Shown: positions 27,018 through 40,900, counted from the stretch's first letter. The stretch: 64,000 nt of DNA from Octopus bimaculoides (GCF_001194135.2 NC_068992.1:52820705-52884704), one strand, 5' to 3'. Numbers and translations: made by a program. The notes: generated by a model not told the origin, from the letters alone.

Positions 27018-27704
27018 GGTTATTAAGCCTAACCATTGAGATCTCGATTTACTCACCCTTTATAATAGATCGTTTAACTCTTGCACGCTATATCTTTGTA
27101 GAAAATCTAGGAAGGAAAAGCCAACAGAGGAAAGAGAAATTAGAATAAAGAAAAGAATTGCATAAATTTTACATATAAATCAAGCTGCAGTTACTTTCAA
27201 CAGTCGTTTGAGTAGGAGTAAACATCTTTATTTCAAGTACGTTATTACAATACACGATATATTAATATAAATCAGCGTAAGGCAATGTTCATCTGGAATA
27301 TTACGCACTGCTTGGCATAGACAGTAATATCCCCGTTGGTTTGGGCTAAACATTGTTTTAAATATATTCATTTTAAAAAGAATTTACATTAATCAATTAT
27401 GTATCTTGATTATGCAATTTGAGAATTAAAGATGCATTTTCTTAACGTAAACGCTTTTGAATTAATTATGTTATGATCATTCCATCTCTATCTTTCTGTC
27501 TGTTCTTTTTATTCTAAATAGATGTGTAGGTATGTGTATTTATATGTGTATTGTATGTATAACAGTCGTATGACATTTGTACGACAACGATGAAATTATC
27601 ACAAGATGACTACAGCGAAACCAGCACAGCGATAGCTTAATTCACCTATTAGACTGAGGATAATATTCACCTCCTACACTTCAATTCAGGATGCAAATAC
27701 ACCG

Positions 27705-27997
27705 TCAACCTGAATTTGAAACTACAACCCCCTCCACTATACTTTCCGTGTGTTTTCGTGAACGATGAACGATGAACAAGGAAACTACAGACGATACACT
27801 GTTTTGGTGTAATTGATGTACACTAGAGAAAACGCATAGTATGCTATGTGTATTCATTTGTTGATCAGTAAAGTGATAAGTTTCTACACGTGATGTTTCT
27901 GCATGGTTTCTGAAATTGTTGGTGTAGAACGTGTACAAGTTTCTTAAGTGGTAAGCCTTTCCAAATGCTTCAACAGAGTGAATTTCTTTAGCAGCAC
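27705..27997 (-). CDS. Candidate exon / open frame of unknown product
   Basis: Strong acceptor cttagttttttag, then about 96 open codons (GAAKEIHSVEAFGKAYHLRNLYTFYTNNFRNHAETSRVETYHFTDQQMNTHSILCVF...). No clear donor and no recognised homology. Confidence 0.25.
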
Positions 27998-28116
27998 CTA
28001 AAAAACTAAGTAGCGGGGTGTTAAACTAATTAACAGGTTAATCCATTACTCTTTCAAACAATAGCAGTATTTGAAATCAGAACTCTAGGTTTCAAAACAA
28101 AAATTGTAATAACATA

Positions 28117-28537
28117 TAGACGTAGGAGTGGCTGTGTGGTAAGTAGCTTGCTTACGAACCACATGGTTCCGGGTTCAGTCCCACTGCGTGGCACCTTGGG
28201 CAAGTGTATTCTACTATAGCCTCGGGCCGACCAAAGCCTTGTGAGTGGATTTGGTAGACGGAAACTGAAAGAAGCCCGTCGTATATATGTATATATATAT
28301 GTGTATGTGTGTATATGTTGTGTATCTGTGTTTGTCCCCCCAACATCGCTTGACAACCGATGCTGGTGTGCTTAGGTCTCCGTAACTTAGCGGTTCGGCA
28401 AAAAGAGACCGATAGAATAAGTACTAGGCTTACAAAGAATAAGTCCTGGGGTCGATTTGATTCGACTAAAGGCGGTGCTCCAGCATGGCCGCAGTCAAAT
28501 GATTGAAACAAGTAAAAGAAAAAAGAATAAAAGAATA
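28117..28537 (+). mobile_element. SINE family 1, young full-length copy
   Basis: tRNA-like head (tggctgtgtggtaag...ggttcagtccc), body, internal TA/TG repeat and (taaaaga)-type tail; highly similar to 36230-36634. Confidence 0.95.
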
Positions 28538-29014
28538 TTAAGTCTAATGTTACAGTTTAACCAATCAGCCACATTGAAGTGGAGATTTTTATCGATCTAG
28601 AAAGGATAAATGTTAGAAGTAAACTCAACGAAGCTTGAATATGGAGGTCGTAGATACGGAACAAAAACAAGAATTTTACACGACAATTTAATTATTTTGG
28701 CCTTTTGCCGCCTTCTGTTTGTGGTTTCAATATTTTGCAGCTTTCACTTGTAGCAAAACAAAAGAAAGAAAAATTCAAAAATAAAAGCCACAAAAACTGA
28801 GATTCAAAATGTATCCCAACAACAAATTTTATACTGGCAAAAGATTCTATGCCGCGAGTGACACTCTATAAATGTTCCGAGCCATTGAAAATGGGATGTT
28901 GAAAATACTTAATTAGATAAATGAAATTGTCTAGAGATTAAGAACACCAGAATGGTTAAGTATGAATATACTTCTTCGAAGTGTATTCCGTATACATGTA
29001 AATATGATCATATG

Positions 29015-29048
<34 letters not shown>

Positions 29049-30166
29049 TGTATACCTATATGCGCACAAGCTCTTGCATAGATACACATTATATATATAT
29101 ATATGAATAGATGTGTATGGTCTTTCATGAGTCCAAAAACTTACGTATTACTTTTGTTGAAAGTTTAAACCGAATTATCAAGCGTATATTAAAAATGTTT
29201 CAATGGTTCAACTACATGTGTTTGTATAAGCAGTGCTCCACCATAGCTGCAGCCACGTGGCTGGAACAAAAGAATATATATATATATATATATATATATA
29301 CGAGTCTGTCTGTATATATATGTATATGTATATATGAGTGTTTATGTATATGTATGTGTCTCTGTACAAAGACATACCTGTATATACACGATAATATATA
29401 CATATACATACACGTGCATATTTATTCACATATACATATATATGTATGTACACACGCAGACACTGGCACACATACACACGTACGCACACACACACACACA
29501 AACACACATATATATATATATATATATATGCATACAGAGAGATTCAGGAGGAGCAGAACAAAATTATGACATTGTGCAAAATGCTGAGCCTTTGGCTTGT
29601 TGAGAATTTCTAGATAAAACATACTTTTTCAGAATAAGTTACTTGACAATTTCCAGTATTATAATATAATTCCATTTATATTATTTGTTTCATCAACATA
29701 ATCATACGAAGAAGTGAGTGTAACAGGTATGTAAGGGATACAGCAGATATTGCTGTTCTTTCATTAAAAGTTTGTCTCAGCTAAGCAAGCAGTTATCAGA
29801 CGCGTTTCCGTTATGATTGCTTTTTCACTATTTCTCTCTTAGTGTACCTACAAGTACATTACTCTACGTAAGTTGACAAAAATTTGGATACTGTTTCCAG
29901 AGGGACTTTTTGTAGATTACATGGCTATGCACAGAAGTTCTAATTGGACGGTAAAGAATATTGTAGATGAGAGTGGAGTAAACTGAGTGAAATTTGCGTC
30001 TGCTTAGAAAATTATTGCAATGTGGAAAGCCCTTGAACTCATTTTGTCAAATTAATCCTCAATTCATCATTATTCCACAAATTCATACATAATGACATTA
30101 TTACGAAAATATACGGAATGGAAAAACGAAAATGAACTTTAATCGGTGAGTAATGGAAGTAAGAGT

Positions 30167-30557
30167 GGAAGCGCAATGGCCCACTGGTTAGGGCAGCGGA
30201 CTCGCGGTCATAGGATCGCGGTTTCGATTCCCAGACCGGGCGCTGTGAGTGTTTATTGAGCGAAAACACCTAAAGGTCCACGAGGCTCCAGCAGGGGATG
30301 GTGGCGAACCCTGCTGTACTCTTTCACCACAACTTTCTCTCACTCTTACTTCCTGTTTCTGTTGTGCCTGTATTTCAAAGGGCCAGCCTTGTCACACTGT
30401 GTCACGCTGAATATCCCCGAGAACTACGGTAAGGGTACACGTGTCTGTGGAGTGCTCAGCCACTTGCGCGTTAATTTCACGAGCAGGCTGTTCTGTTGAT
30501 CGGATCAACTAGAACCCTCATCGTCGTAACTGACGGAGTGCCAACAACAACAACAAC
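30167..30557 (+). mobile_element. SINE family 2, full-length tRNA-Arg(TCG)-like SINE with (CAA)n tail
   Basis: Head gcgcaatggcccactggttagggcagcggactcgcggtc...ggtttcgattccc has A and B boxes and a TCG anticodon-like loop; ends gacggagtgcc(aac)n. Consistent with tRNA-Arg-derived octopus SINEs as I recall them. Confidence 0.9.
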
Positions 30558-31119
30558 ACGTTGATGCAGGTTATATGGAAATGCATAGAAATAAATGTTT
30601 AAATAAATAAATAAATAAATAAATAAAATATGCAAACAATCCTGTATTATAGATATACAAATAATACATAAACATCTTATTGATGCACTGCATCTGGGAC
30701 TGACTTTATATATGTATATAACTGCATTAGTGAAGTCCATTTCACTTTCTATCACCTTATTCTGAAATATCTCCAGACTACTAAGATATATAATCAATAA
30801 AATTGTTACTTCCCTTCTGCGATTTTCATTTTCATTTAAAAAAAAATTTTTTTTTTTAGTAGAGTAATATTATTTACCCAGCGAATGCCAAGCTATCTTC
30901 CGTTGGAAGCAGTCTAAAGCCGAGATCTCTTCCGATTTTACTTCTGTCTAGTTCTCCGAAGTCTTATGGAAAAATCTAACAGGAATAATGATTCCGTTCT
31001 TGACATTAGTAAAATATATTACTATAGCTTCCTTTGCAAACAATAAACCTATGGCAAAACGCCAGATCCTGTTATTATCGTTGCTGACACAGTTGCTCAT
31101 TTATTATTTTTACTTATTT

Positions 31120-31120
31120 C

Positions 31121-31153
<33 letters not shown>

Positions 31154-31490
31154 GATTATTATTATTATCATTATTATCATCATCATCATCATCATTATTA
31201 TTATTATGCACTTTAACTTCCTCTTCAATCACTTAATTTCTCTCACTGCCAACATGACCTCTAATCCAATTCTCTTTTTGAAGAAATCAATTTTCTTACT
31301 GACCTTCTTTTAATTTTTCACAAATAACAAGATATATATTGCAAAGAACATCATTTGTACAATGAATGGATGGATGTGCGTGTCCGTGCGTGTGTTCGTG
31401 TATATGTGTTTTCTTTTTTTTATTCTAATCTTTTCCAGTCAACATTTATCGACAACAATAAACAACAACAACAACAATAATAACAATAAC

Positions 31491-31561
<71 letters not shown>

Positions 31562-31572
31562 TAATAATAATA
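31120..31572. repeat. Two triplet arrays: (TAT)n/(CAT)n at 31120-31207 and (CAA)n/(TAA)n at 31460-31572
   Basis: Read directly from the sequence. Confidence 0.95.
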
Positions 31573-31784
31573 TGAATCCTGCCATTATTTTCTATAAGGA
31601 AACACTTACACTACAAGGAGATATACATGTGCTTTACAAAAACGTGGGGAGATGGGCAAAATAAAATTATATAAAGCTGGGAGAGAGGCTAGGATGTTAT
31701 ACAAATTGAAACCATATTCTTCCTTTTTTTACATACTGCAATGAGTTGACTTGTCAAAGGACTAATCAAGCCCTACCAAAGTCA

Positions 31785-31960
31785 ATTTAATCCAAACGAA
31801 TGAAAAGAAAAATCATCACTGGAAATGGTAATTTATTCATCGACCCTCAAAAACAAAAAAAAATTAAATGTTCACATCGACGTGGTCTCAAAATTTCAAA
31901 AACGGATACCGCTATACGTTCTATGCAACACTCTAAAATCTCTGCCCATTTGCCATCACA
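31785..31960 (-). mobile_element. SINE family 3, very diverged copy
   Basis: ttcatcgaccct...ataccgctatacg...ctctaaaatctctgcccatttgcc is collinear with the reverse-strand family 3 copies. Confidence 0.5.
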
Positions 31961-32019
31961 GAATAAATTTAAAATCATATAAAACCATACATTAGTAAAC
32001 AGGACATAGTTACATACAA

Positions 32020-32449
32020 GTGAGGAAGAAGAATCGAGTGACACTCCGGCACATTAAAGGACACTTTTGCTTATCGTCAATAAGCACGTCTTGTTCATGG
32101 CATTTCACAAAGTAGTTTAACTAGCGCACAATAACGTAAATAAGATTCCATTTAATGATGTTAAAACTATAATGAACCACTGGAAGTGATAGGGTGTTAA
32201 TGGCTTCGATGCGATTTTAACAGTTCAGTTCATTGTTAGTATAACTCTTATTCTCCTGTAATATTATTTTCTTGTTTATTCCAACAGGTATCTGTAATTT
32301 TCTTCTGCGTCAAACTCCTTGATGCTAGTGTCGGCATCTAATTTAATGGAAGCTGTTTGCATGAGTTTGCCTCTTACAAAAGTTGCTTTAGCACACTTAT
32401 CAAGGCCAAAGTCCATCCCGATAACATTGGTGAATTTGTTAACCACTTC
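32020..32449 (-). mobile_element. R4/Dong non-LTR retrotransposon RT/thumb fragment
   Basis: Minus-strand translation VVNKFTNVIGMDFGLDKCAKATFVRGK...ENYRYL...NELNC*NRIEAINTLSLPVVHYSFNIIKWN, motifs typical of R4-clade RT. Confidence 0.9.
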
Positions 32450-32451
32450 GT

Positions 32452-32482
<31 letters not shown>

Positions 32483-33977
32483 TTATTATTATTATTATTA
32501 TTATTATTNNNNNNNNNNNNNNNNNNNNNNNNNNNNNNNNNNNNNNNNNNNNNNNNNNNNNNNNNNNNNNNNNNNNNNNNNNNNNNNNNNNNNNNNNNNN
32601 NNNNNNNNNNNNNNNNNNNNNNNNNNNNNNNNNNNNNNNNNNNNNNNNNNNNNNNNNNNNNNNNNNNNNNNNNNNNNNNNNNNNNNNNNNNNNNNNNNNN
32701 NNNNNNNNNNNNNNNNNNNNNNNNNNNNNNNNNNNNNNNNNNNNNNNNNNNNNNNNNNNNNNNNNNNNNNNNNNNNNNNNNNNNNNNNNNNNNNNNNNNN
32801 NNNNNNNNNNNNNNNNNNNNNNNNNNNNNNNNNNNNNNNNNNNNNNNNNNNNNNNNNNNNNNNNNNNNNNNNNNNNNNNNNNNNNNNNNNNNNNNNNNNN
32901 NNNNNNNNNNNNNNNNNNNNNNNNNNNNNNNNNNNNNNNNNNNNNNNNNNNNNNNNNNNNNNNNNNATATATATATATATATATATATACATATATGAGT
33001 GTGTGTGCAGATGTGTGTTTGTATATATATCTGAGTTCGCATGCGTGTGTATGTGTCTGTGAATCTGTACGCATGTGTATCCCAAAACCAATGACAAGTT
33101 TTAGACAGAGAAATCAAGCATGACAGCTTGTTAATTACAGTGACTCTCATTCGAGAGCAGAGAAACTGGAGGAAAATGTTTTACCGCAGCAGATATCAGG
33201 TTCTTATCGATAGGTTTAAGTATAAAAAATTCGGAAAGAAAATAGCAACTGTCAAACTGTGCAATGAGCTACACGGGAGATTTTGTCTTGGATAATTCCA
33301 GCTCCTCGGGTTAGCAATTATTTTTTCTTTGCTATTTACAGACGAGTGAATAAATATTGTGTCAATAATTTATATATTAGCTTCAGTGCAACATTCGAGT
33401 TCTTATAAATACACGGGAAACCCAATTATTAAATTCTCCTAACAACAAAAATATTTTCACGCAGTCGGACATTCACCACTAAAGCTAGTTGCATAACTCT
33501 ATAACTAGCAAGTAATTGCGTAATATCAACAATATGACTAAATGGAAATAGCTTATAGCAATGCTGAATGGAATTTATCTTAAATATGTATTGCTGTGGG
33601 GTGAGAATTACTCAGGGAACTGGAATTATTCAAAACAAAATCGTTTAATTATTTAAATACTAAAACACAACAGGCTATGGCTTGACTCCGATGCGCATTC
33701 CTGGTATCCATCGACCATTTTGAAATTGATGTAATAGGACTTAATCTTCCTTGTTGTCAAAATTTAGATTTTAATCACCCTGAGAAAGGAACCGTTTCCT
33801 GTATATTTGGATACTCCCAGTTCATCAACACCATTCAAAGTATTCCATATCTTCCTTGCTTAAATGCAGAATTCAAACCATGGAATGGAATGGGAAAAAT
33901 GAAATGCTTACAATAATTCTGAATGTATGATCGTTAGTGCATTGTAAAGTAAAATCGTTTTAAAAGCTGAACGCGCT

Positions 33978-34920
33978 TACGAAATGGTATCAAAGTGTTC
34001 CAAGCCTGACTATATTTAATAAAATATTACTTGCATCAGTTTTAACAAAAACACCTTGGAAATGGTCACCTTGTGCAGCAATACTCCGATCTCAGCGTTC
34101 CTGCTACTTTTAGAATCCGGCTGTGAAGTCGATTTCCGTAAGCAAGTCGAGGACCTTGGGGCGATTCGCTCTTGTTCTCAACATCGGTCTTATAATAGCG
34201 ACCTTTGAGCTGCATTTTCATCTAGGAAAAGAGATGGAAATCTAAAAGTGCTAATTCTGACGAATAGGGTAGATGCGGAAGAAATAACATGTTGTTTCTG
34301 GTGAGAAATTCACGAGTGAGTGGTGACAGAGGGCATTGGGTGCATTGTGGTCATGGTGACAGGGTCCATTGTCATCTTGAAGAATCCAATACTACACCCT
34401 CCACAAATCCGGTCGCTTTCGCCGAATGTACCACACTCAAAACACTTGAAAACGTTGCAGTAGAAAAATCGACTGACGGTCTGGTCCTGGACGAATTCTT
34501 GATGCACAATACCGCGGGTATCGGAAGAAACGCTAAGCATGCTCTAGATTGAACTGCGTCTCTGTTGTGCCTTTCGAAGCACCTGTGACGCTAGAAACAT
34601 TCCATACAACCCATTACCTCTTCACCGTAAGTTTGCCGAAGTATGCTTGATGTATCTGCACTAGACTTTACAAGTTTAACTGAAAAGTTCCTTCCTTGTC
34701 TGTTTGTTCAAACTCTCTGTCCCTGATAAAATTTCATACTACAGCATAAGCGTGATGACAAAAACACAAACTTCATAACTTGCGAAATAAACACAGTAAT
34801 GTCACTCGGTACACTGCCTCGTGAAAACCACTGCTAGCTCGCACTGCGCACGCAAACGTGTGCTACCACCTGTTGGTGCGCTACAGAAGTAGCCGGGGAA
34901 CCTTGTCATACCACCTCGTA
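33978..34920 (-). mobile_element. Mariner element, internally deleted, both TIRs present
   Basis: 24-bp TIRs tacgaaatggtatcaaagtgttcc and tacgaggtggtatgacaaggttcc (18/24 match) with TA ends; peptides MLSVSSDTRGIVHQEFV and PHLPYSSELALLDFHLFS*MKMQLKG. Confidence 0.92.
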
Positions 34921-35235
34921 TATGATTTATTTATAATTTCTACTATGAAATATAATTTGGTTTGTTGTTTACAAGTGAATTTTTTGTATGGGGAGAGGAG
35001 AAAATATCCACATCACTGTGAAAAATGAAGAGTGTCAAAAAAAAATCATCATATATTACTTTCACCAACTTGCAGTTGCTTTTATAATAAACTATTAGTC
35101 GTGGCTGTTACGAGTTGTATATGTGACCCTAAAAAGAGAAGATAGCGAACTACTTGAGAGGAAGGGTTTATGTACCTACAGAAGAATTAGGTAAGGGAAG
35201 TAATAATTATGTAAACAACAACAAAATATTTCTCT

Positions 35236-35277
<42 letters not shown>

Positions 35278-36229
35278 AATGGAAATATCTACCCAACTCT
35301 GTATATGCGGGTATACACGTCAGAATTTTGCTGACACCATCATTCTAGTTCTCTAAAACTGACACAGCACTTGACACTGTTCATAGCATGCAATGCATAA
35401 AAAGTATGACAACCAACGTGCAAAAACCATTGGTAATAAAATAATTTCTTGCAGAGGCTGGTGTATTGTGCGTTGAAATGAACTGGATAACTGACTTGAG
35501 ACATAGTTCAATTATTAAGTATTGATCTCCAGACATTATATAACGCACAAATCGGAATCTCTTTGCAATGAGATTAAATGTAAAAATAAAATAAAATAAA
35601 AAAGCAATGAATTATATAAACAATTGCATTTTGTAAATGCCGGTACATTTGTGTATCTTCAGAGATAAAACTAAACGGATAAACAAAATTATGTTTTTTA
35701 CGACCTAATATAAAACGTCAATATGAGGTACCTACAGTAGCACTCCAAATGGCCAACATTAACTTGAAGAGAGAATTTCAATGACTATATACTGATAATA
35801 TTTTCTTAAACAGCAATAGTATTTTCAACAACAGGAACTGGATTATTCTTTATCATTTAAGACTCATATAAACAAACCTTGGAGAACAGCGTCTACAAGC
35901 ACAAATATCATTTTAAGATATGGTGTTTATATCAAATTTAATCATACTTCGTCTTGAAAGACTTGTTTTCTTATTCATAAATTTTCTGGAGTCTCTCTTG
36001 TTATATCTCTGCATTAGGTAATAACTCTATTAAACATACATTGAGTTGTCTCGGAGGCTTCTGTAGGGGTATAAATCAGTTAAGAACAGTTGTTCCAGGA
36101 AATGTAAGTATATAAATGATCTAATTGCAATTTTTTTCAATAGATTGGATTCCATAACATTGGAGGAAACTACAATCAGATCTCTGTAATCATATCAGAA
36201 GTGAATATTATATAATATATTTATATATA

Positions 36230-36634
36230 GGCGCAGGAGTGGCTGTGTGGTAAGTAGCTTGCTTACCAACCACATGGTTCTGGGACCAATCCCACTGTGT
36301 GGCACCTTGGGCAAGTGTCTTCTACTATAGCCTCGGGCCGACCAAAGCCTTGTGAGTGGATTTGGTAGACGGAAACTGAAAGAAGCCCGTCGTATATATG
36401 CATATGTAAATATATATGCGTGTGTGTGTGTCTGCGTTTCTCCCCCCAACATCACTTGACAACTGATGCTGGTGTGTTTGCGTCCCCGTAACTTAGTGGT
36501 TCGACAAAAGAGACCGATAGAATAAGTACCAGGCTTCCCAAAAATAAGTCCTGGGGTCGATCTCCTCGACTAAAGGCGATGCTAAAGCATGGCCAAAGTC
36601 AAATGACTGAAACAAGTAAAAGAGTAAAAGAGTA
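36230..36634 (+). mobile_element. SINE family 1, young full-length copy
   Basis: Near-identical to 28117-28537 over head, body and tail (gtaaaagagtaaaagag). Confidence 0.95.
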
Positions 36635-37389
36635 TATACAGGAAGAAATACGGTCAGGGCTGATCATGGAATTAATTAGATTTTTTCTTTGCTTCTTTGG
36701 TAGAGTATGTGACTACAAGTTAGTTATTGAATTTCTGTATATTCCTTTTATTTCTGTATGGTATTTGCTTTATATAGCAAAACTTTGTAACTGTTAATAC
36801 ATTAATATAATTTCATACATGCTATAGATGCATAATGCACTTCAATAATGGCATTTTACCTGCGTCTGCTCTTCATTTAAGATTCTGTTGCTTCTACATA
36901 TATGTGACAGACACCGGTAGCTGTTACAGTAATTGTTACAGTGATTACTGTTCATTACACCCTTTGTAATTTTAATCTATTTGAATGATTATAAGCAGTT
37001 GGTGCTGTTTGAAGAGTATTAATTGATATGGCAGATTACCATGCAATATAGCTTTTGATGTTTGTAAAAATACAATATCGCTGTAACTTAATTTGATTTG
37101 ATACAATGTAATCGAGTATATGAAAATGTAGGGAAAATATTCCTTTCGGAGTTATAAGCCTTGCAAATTGAAACAAACCGAATTACCGAGCTACCAGCAG
37201 AGGAAGAAAATGGTTAATTCCTAATACCGGAACAAAATTTCTATCCCTTATTTGCAGATTTCCCATGAATGATGATACAACATACTCAGTTATACGATAT
37301 GGTGTCATAAATTTGAATTATTACCTAATGGAATGAATTACGTTTGACTATTGTCTGTGTATACATCACTAAATTACAAATATATAATT

Positions 37390-37805
37390 AATCCAACTAA
37401 TTTCCAAAATGTTCTCCAGACCATCACAGTATAGCTGCCTTGTTTCATTATTGACTGCAACCTTTTTACATCAAATTTTTTATCATAGTCTTCACACCCG
37501 CACTCGAACACTGTTAGAAAATACCGCAAATCTGGACTCATTGGAAAATATGACAGTATCCCAAAATGCTAGTAGCCTCTCCACCATCTCACTGGCCCAA
37601 TCTTTTCTTTGCTTTTTATTGGCTGGTTAAAGAAGTGGCTTCCTTTTTGCTGCTCTGCCATAGTAACCAAGTTTGCGGAGATACCTGACAGATGTTCTGG
37701 GACTGATAACAACTTGTTCTGCTATGCCAGGGACCTTACAACGAGAATTATCTTCCACACTTCTCTGTTGATATGCTTTGTACTTTGTGATATAAGGTTT
37801 ACCTG
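37390..37805 (-). mobile_element. Tc1-family transposase remnant
   Basis: Minus-strand translation SPRTSVRYLRKLGYYGRAAKRKPLL*PANKKQRKDWA...FWDTVIFSNESRF...MKQGSYTVMVW. Confidence 0.9.
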
Positions 37806-37949
37806 CAATAATATGTGATTACACCACGCATAGTTTCTTTTTTTAATATCTAACGCAGGTGATGACTCATCCGATATTTTTTATCCATAAGAAAACAGTT
37901 AAGAGAATACAAAATCAAAGAATTAACAGAATTCGAAACGGACTGTAAT

Positions 37950-40900
37950 TTAAAGAATGCATAATTTCAAATATTAAGAAATACAATATAAAAAGAACCG
38001 ATATTATATTCCATCACGAGATAGAAAGAATTAACAAGAAACATCAAAACGGAAAAGAACATGATGAATATTTAGCATTAAACACGGAAACAGAAGAACG
38101 CAAATGAAAATATAAAATGAAGAAATATGAGGGAAATATGTTAGGGATGGAAATTATACAAATAAATCTTCGTATTTGATATTATAAATACTACACCCAC
38201 CAATGATAAAATATAAAGTTTTAAAATGTGCCGAAAGTGTGAATCTGTCCAAGAAAGATTTAAAGGAAACAAATTTAAGCAGCCGTATCATATACAGAAA
38301 CATTATAATATATATATATAACATATAGTGTAGTTAACAAGAGAAACGGTTTCTGTTTCGTATCTGTTGATAAAGGAATGTTGAAACCAAAGGAAACAGC
38401 AAAGTAAACTAACGAAAATAGAAATCCACCGGGAAATCAAGAATAAAGGATACAAATGAAAATGATAAGTGCAGATAAATTATGCAGAAACAACATAATT
38501 CAAAAGAAAATATCCGCATTCGAAGAAGTCTGTAAGGAAAATACTTTCTAAATTGTGTGGGAACAGCAACTTGAATCTTAGCAAATATCAAATAGATGTA
38601 ATAGGACCAACAACGGCTGCATTACACATCAGGTAAAAATAAAATATCAACCAATGCAACACGAATAGAACGATAAGAAGTGGGTGGAGGAGTATACGTA
38701 GTAAAAGAAATCTGATGAATGAGATTTTATTTTTAATAATTGGCATACTATCTTAGGAATTGAGATTGACCATGCCAGCTGAATAAATAGTTATAGCTTT
38801 GGTAAAAACGAGCAACGATATAACACCAACACATACGATTATGATCTTGTGGCTAAAATATTTAAATACTTATTAAAAATTTTAAGTAACAATTTTACAG
38901 TGTCGGCGAAGTCCTCTAACTGACTCACTGAGTAGTTCTGCGATGATAAAGGAGCAGTGTTTCCTAAAAACTATCGATCCATAACCTGCCTTCTTGCAAA
39001 CAACGAAACTTTAACTGTAATAATATTGCATTCTTCAGAAGAAGAGCAGAATGGCCGCTGTAATGCCGCGCGGCGCTCTATGGATCAACAAAGCCTCACA
39101 CGTTTTCATCTTCTCTGGATTTAAAACAATTTATGATTGAATGTGTATTAACAATATATAACAGTATACTGTAGAAGGAGCATAACACCAGAAAGCTCTT
39201 GACTTATTTAAACTTATATGACCCTGAAAACATAAGCTATATTTAAGGTAACATTTATAATAAACAGTTTTATTTAACACTCCATTAGTTGAACCAACAA
39301 TTCCGCTCATAAAAAAAATGTGTGCGCTATAAAATGTAACTCTTATCTCCATTAGAAGGCATGTATACCAAGGGAAACCATCACTATATCTTTATGTTCT
39401 GATACTAATGTGTCGTGATAATTTAAGTGTAAGAAGGCACAGTAACGCTTTAAAACGTGCATCAAGCGTAATAGCTATAGTTTTTTTTTTTATCAAATAA
39501 GTTATTCTTGTTCATGTTGGGATAATTATTAATTTTATCATTATTGATAGCATCCTAAGGGATAATCTAGTTACGTTATCAACACGCAGAAACGATATAA
39601 CTTAATTTGTCCTGATCAACTTTTATCTTTTTTTTTCCATTGGTATAACTACTAATTTTATGAATATTGACACTGTCCCGTGGGTTAATCTAGTAATTTT
39701 ATCAGGAAAAATAATTTAATCAAGAAAATTATCAACGGGAAATGAACTACAAGTAAAGCGCTTAAATCTATGCGAGGAAATATCTCTACGTTTGTTCCCA
39801 TACGGGTAGGATCAATGTTATTCACAAGTATGTGTGGTGGTAATCGCAACGTGTACAACGTAATTTTGATGATCAAATATTTTTTTCTTCTTTTCCCTTG
39901 TTGGCGTATCATATAATTTGAGAAATGATACAAAGATTATAACCGACACAATTTTAATAGTAAAAAAAAAAGAACCGAGTGACGCTGCACCAACTGCTAA
40001 TGATTATATATTCAATCTAAATACACACGTAACTATGAAATATGTGTAGGGTTTGTTGAGCTGGACATGGTTTGCTGCGCATTGTGAAAATTATCAAAAT
40101 ATCTCACGGGAAAATATCAATATTAATAAATTACTGGCGGTACTAATGATAAAAAAATAGGGAAAAATGTGTCAAAATCTCGATAACAATTGATTATCAG
40201 ATTAGTGGCCTATTACTACGCGATACCACGCTTTACTACGAGGTGAGAAGACTTCCTATGCATTGTGATGTGTTGCTGTGCATGGCTACACATTACTCTG
40301 CATCCATAAAATAACGCTACTTTTCTAACGAAAATACCGATATTCATAATCTGAAAAAGTTAAAAAATTACCAAATATCACATTTCCTGCACGTTGCTAT
40401 GTGGACATGCGCTATATATTCTACGAATTGATGGACACATTGTAACCAGCATGTTAAAGATGTCTGTAGTTATGGTTCAAGAAAGCATGTGTGCGATAAT
40501 CAGTGAAAATTTGTAGATGAATAACAAAGCGCTCTATACAGCAGATTAGAAGTATTTAGATATGAAAACAATATGCTCCTATAGTACTTTATAGGGAGAA
40601 AAATAAAGCAACATCACTAAGGGCGTGTTAATTAAAGAAACATATACAATAAGCATAATTACTTGGGAATCGCTAAAATAGATACTGTTTAACACATACA
40701 AATTAAGGGAAGAATTAGAAGGAATTGGGATAAGTGTATGCGAATGATACGTACAAAGGAGCAAAATACAAACAAATATGTCAAAAGGCAGAAATACTCG
40801 AGTTTCATATTAAGTTTTAATATTCGTAGAGGGATATAAAATAGTTTAACAATACTATAATAAGCAAGAGTAATACTCTTTCTATTATAGGTACAAGATC

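Noticed and set aside
29145-29260. Minus-strand segment with near-consensus acceptor and donor
   Set aside because: Stops in all three frames; could be a non-coding exon, but nothing in the sequence supports that.
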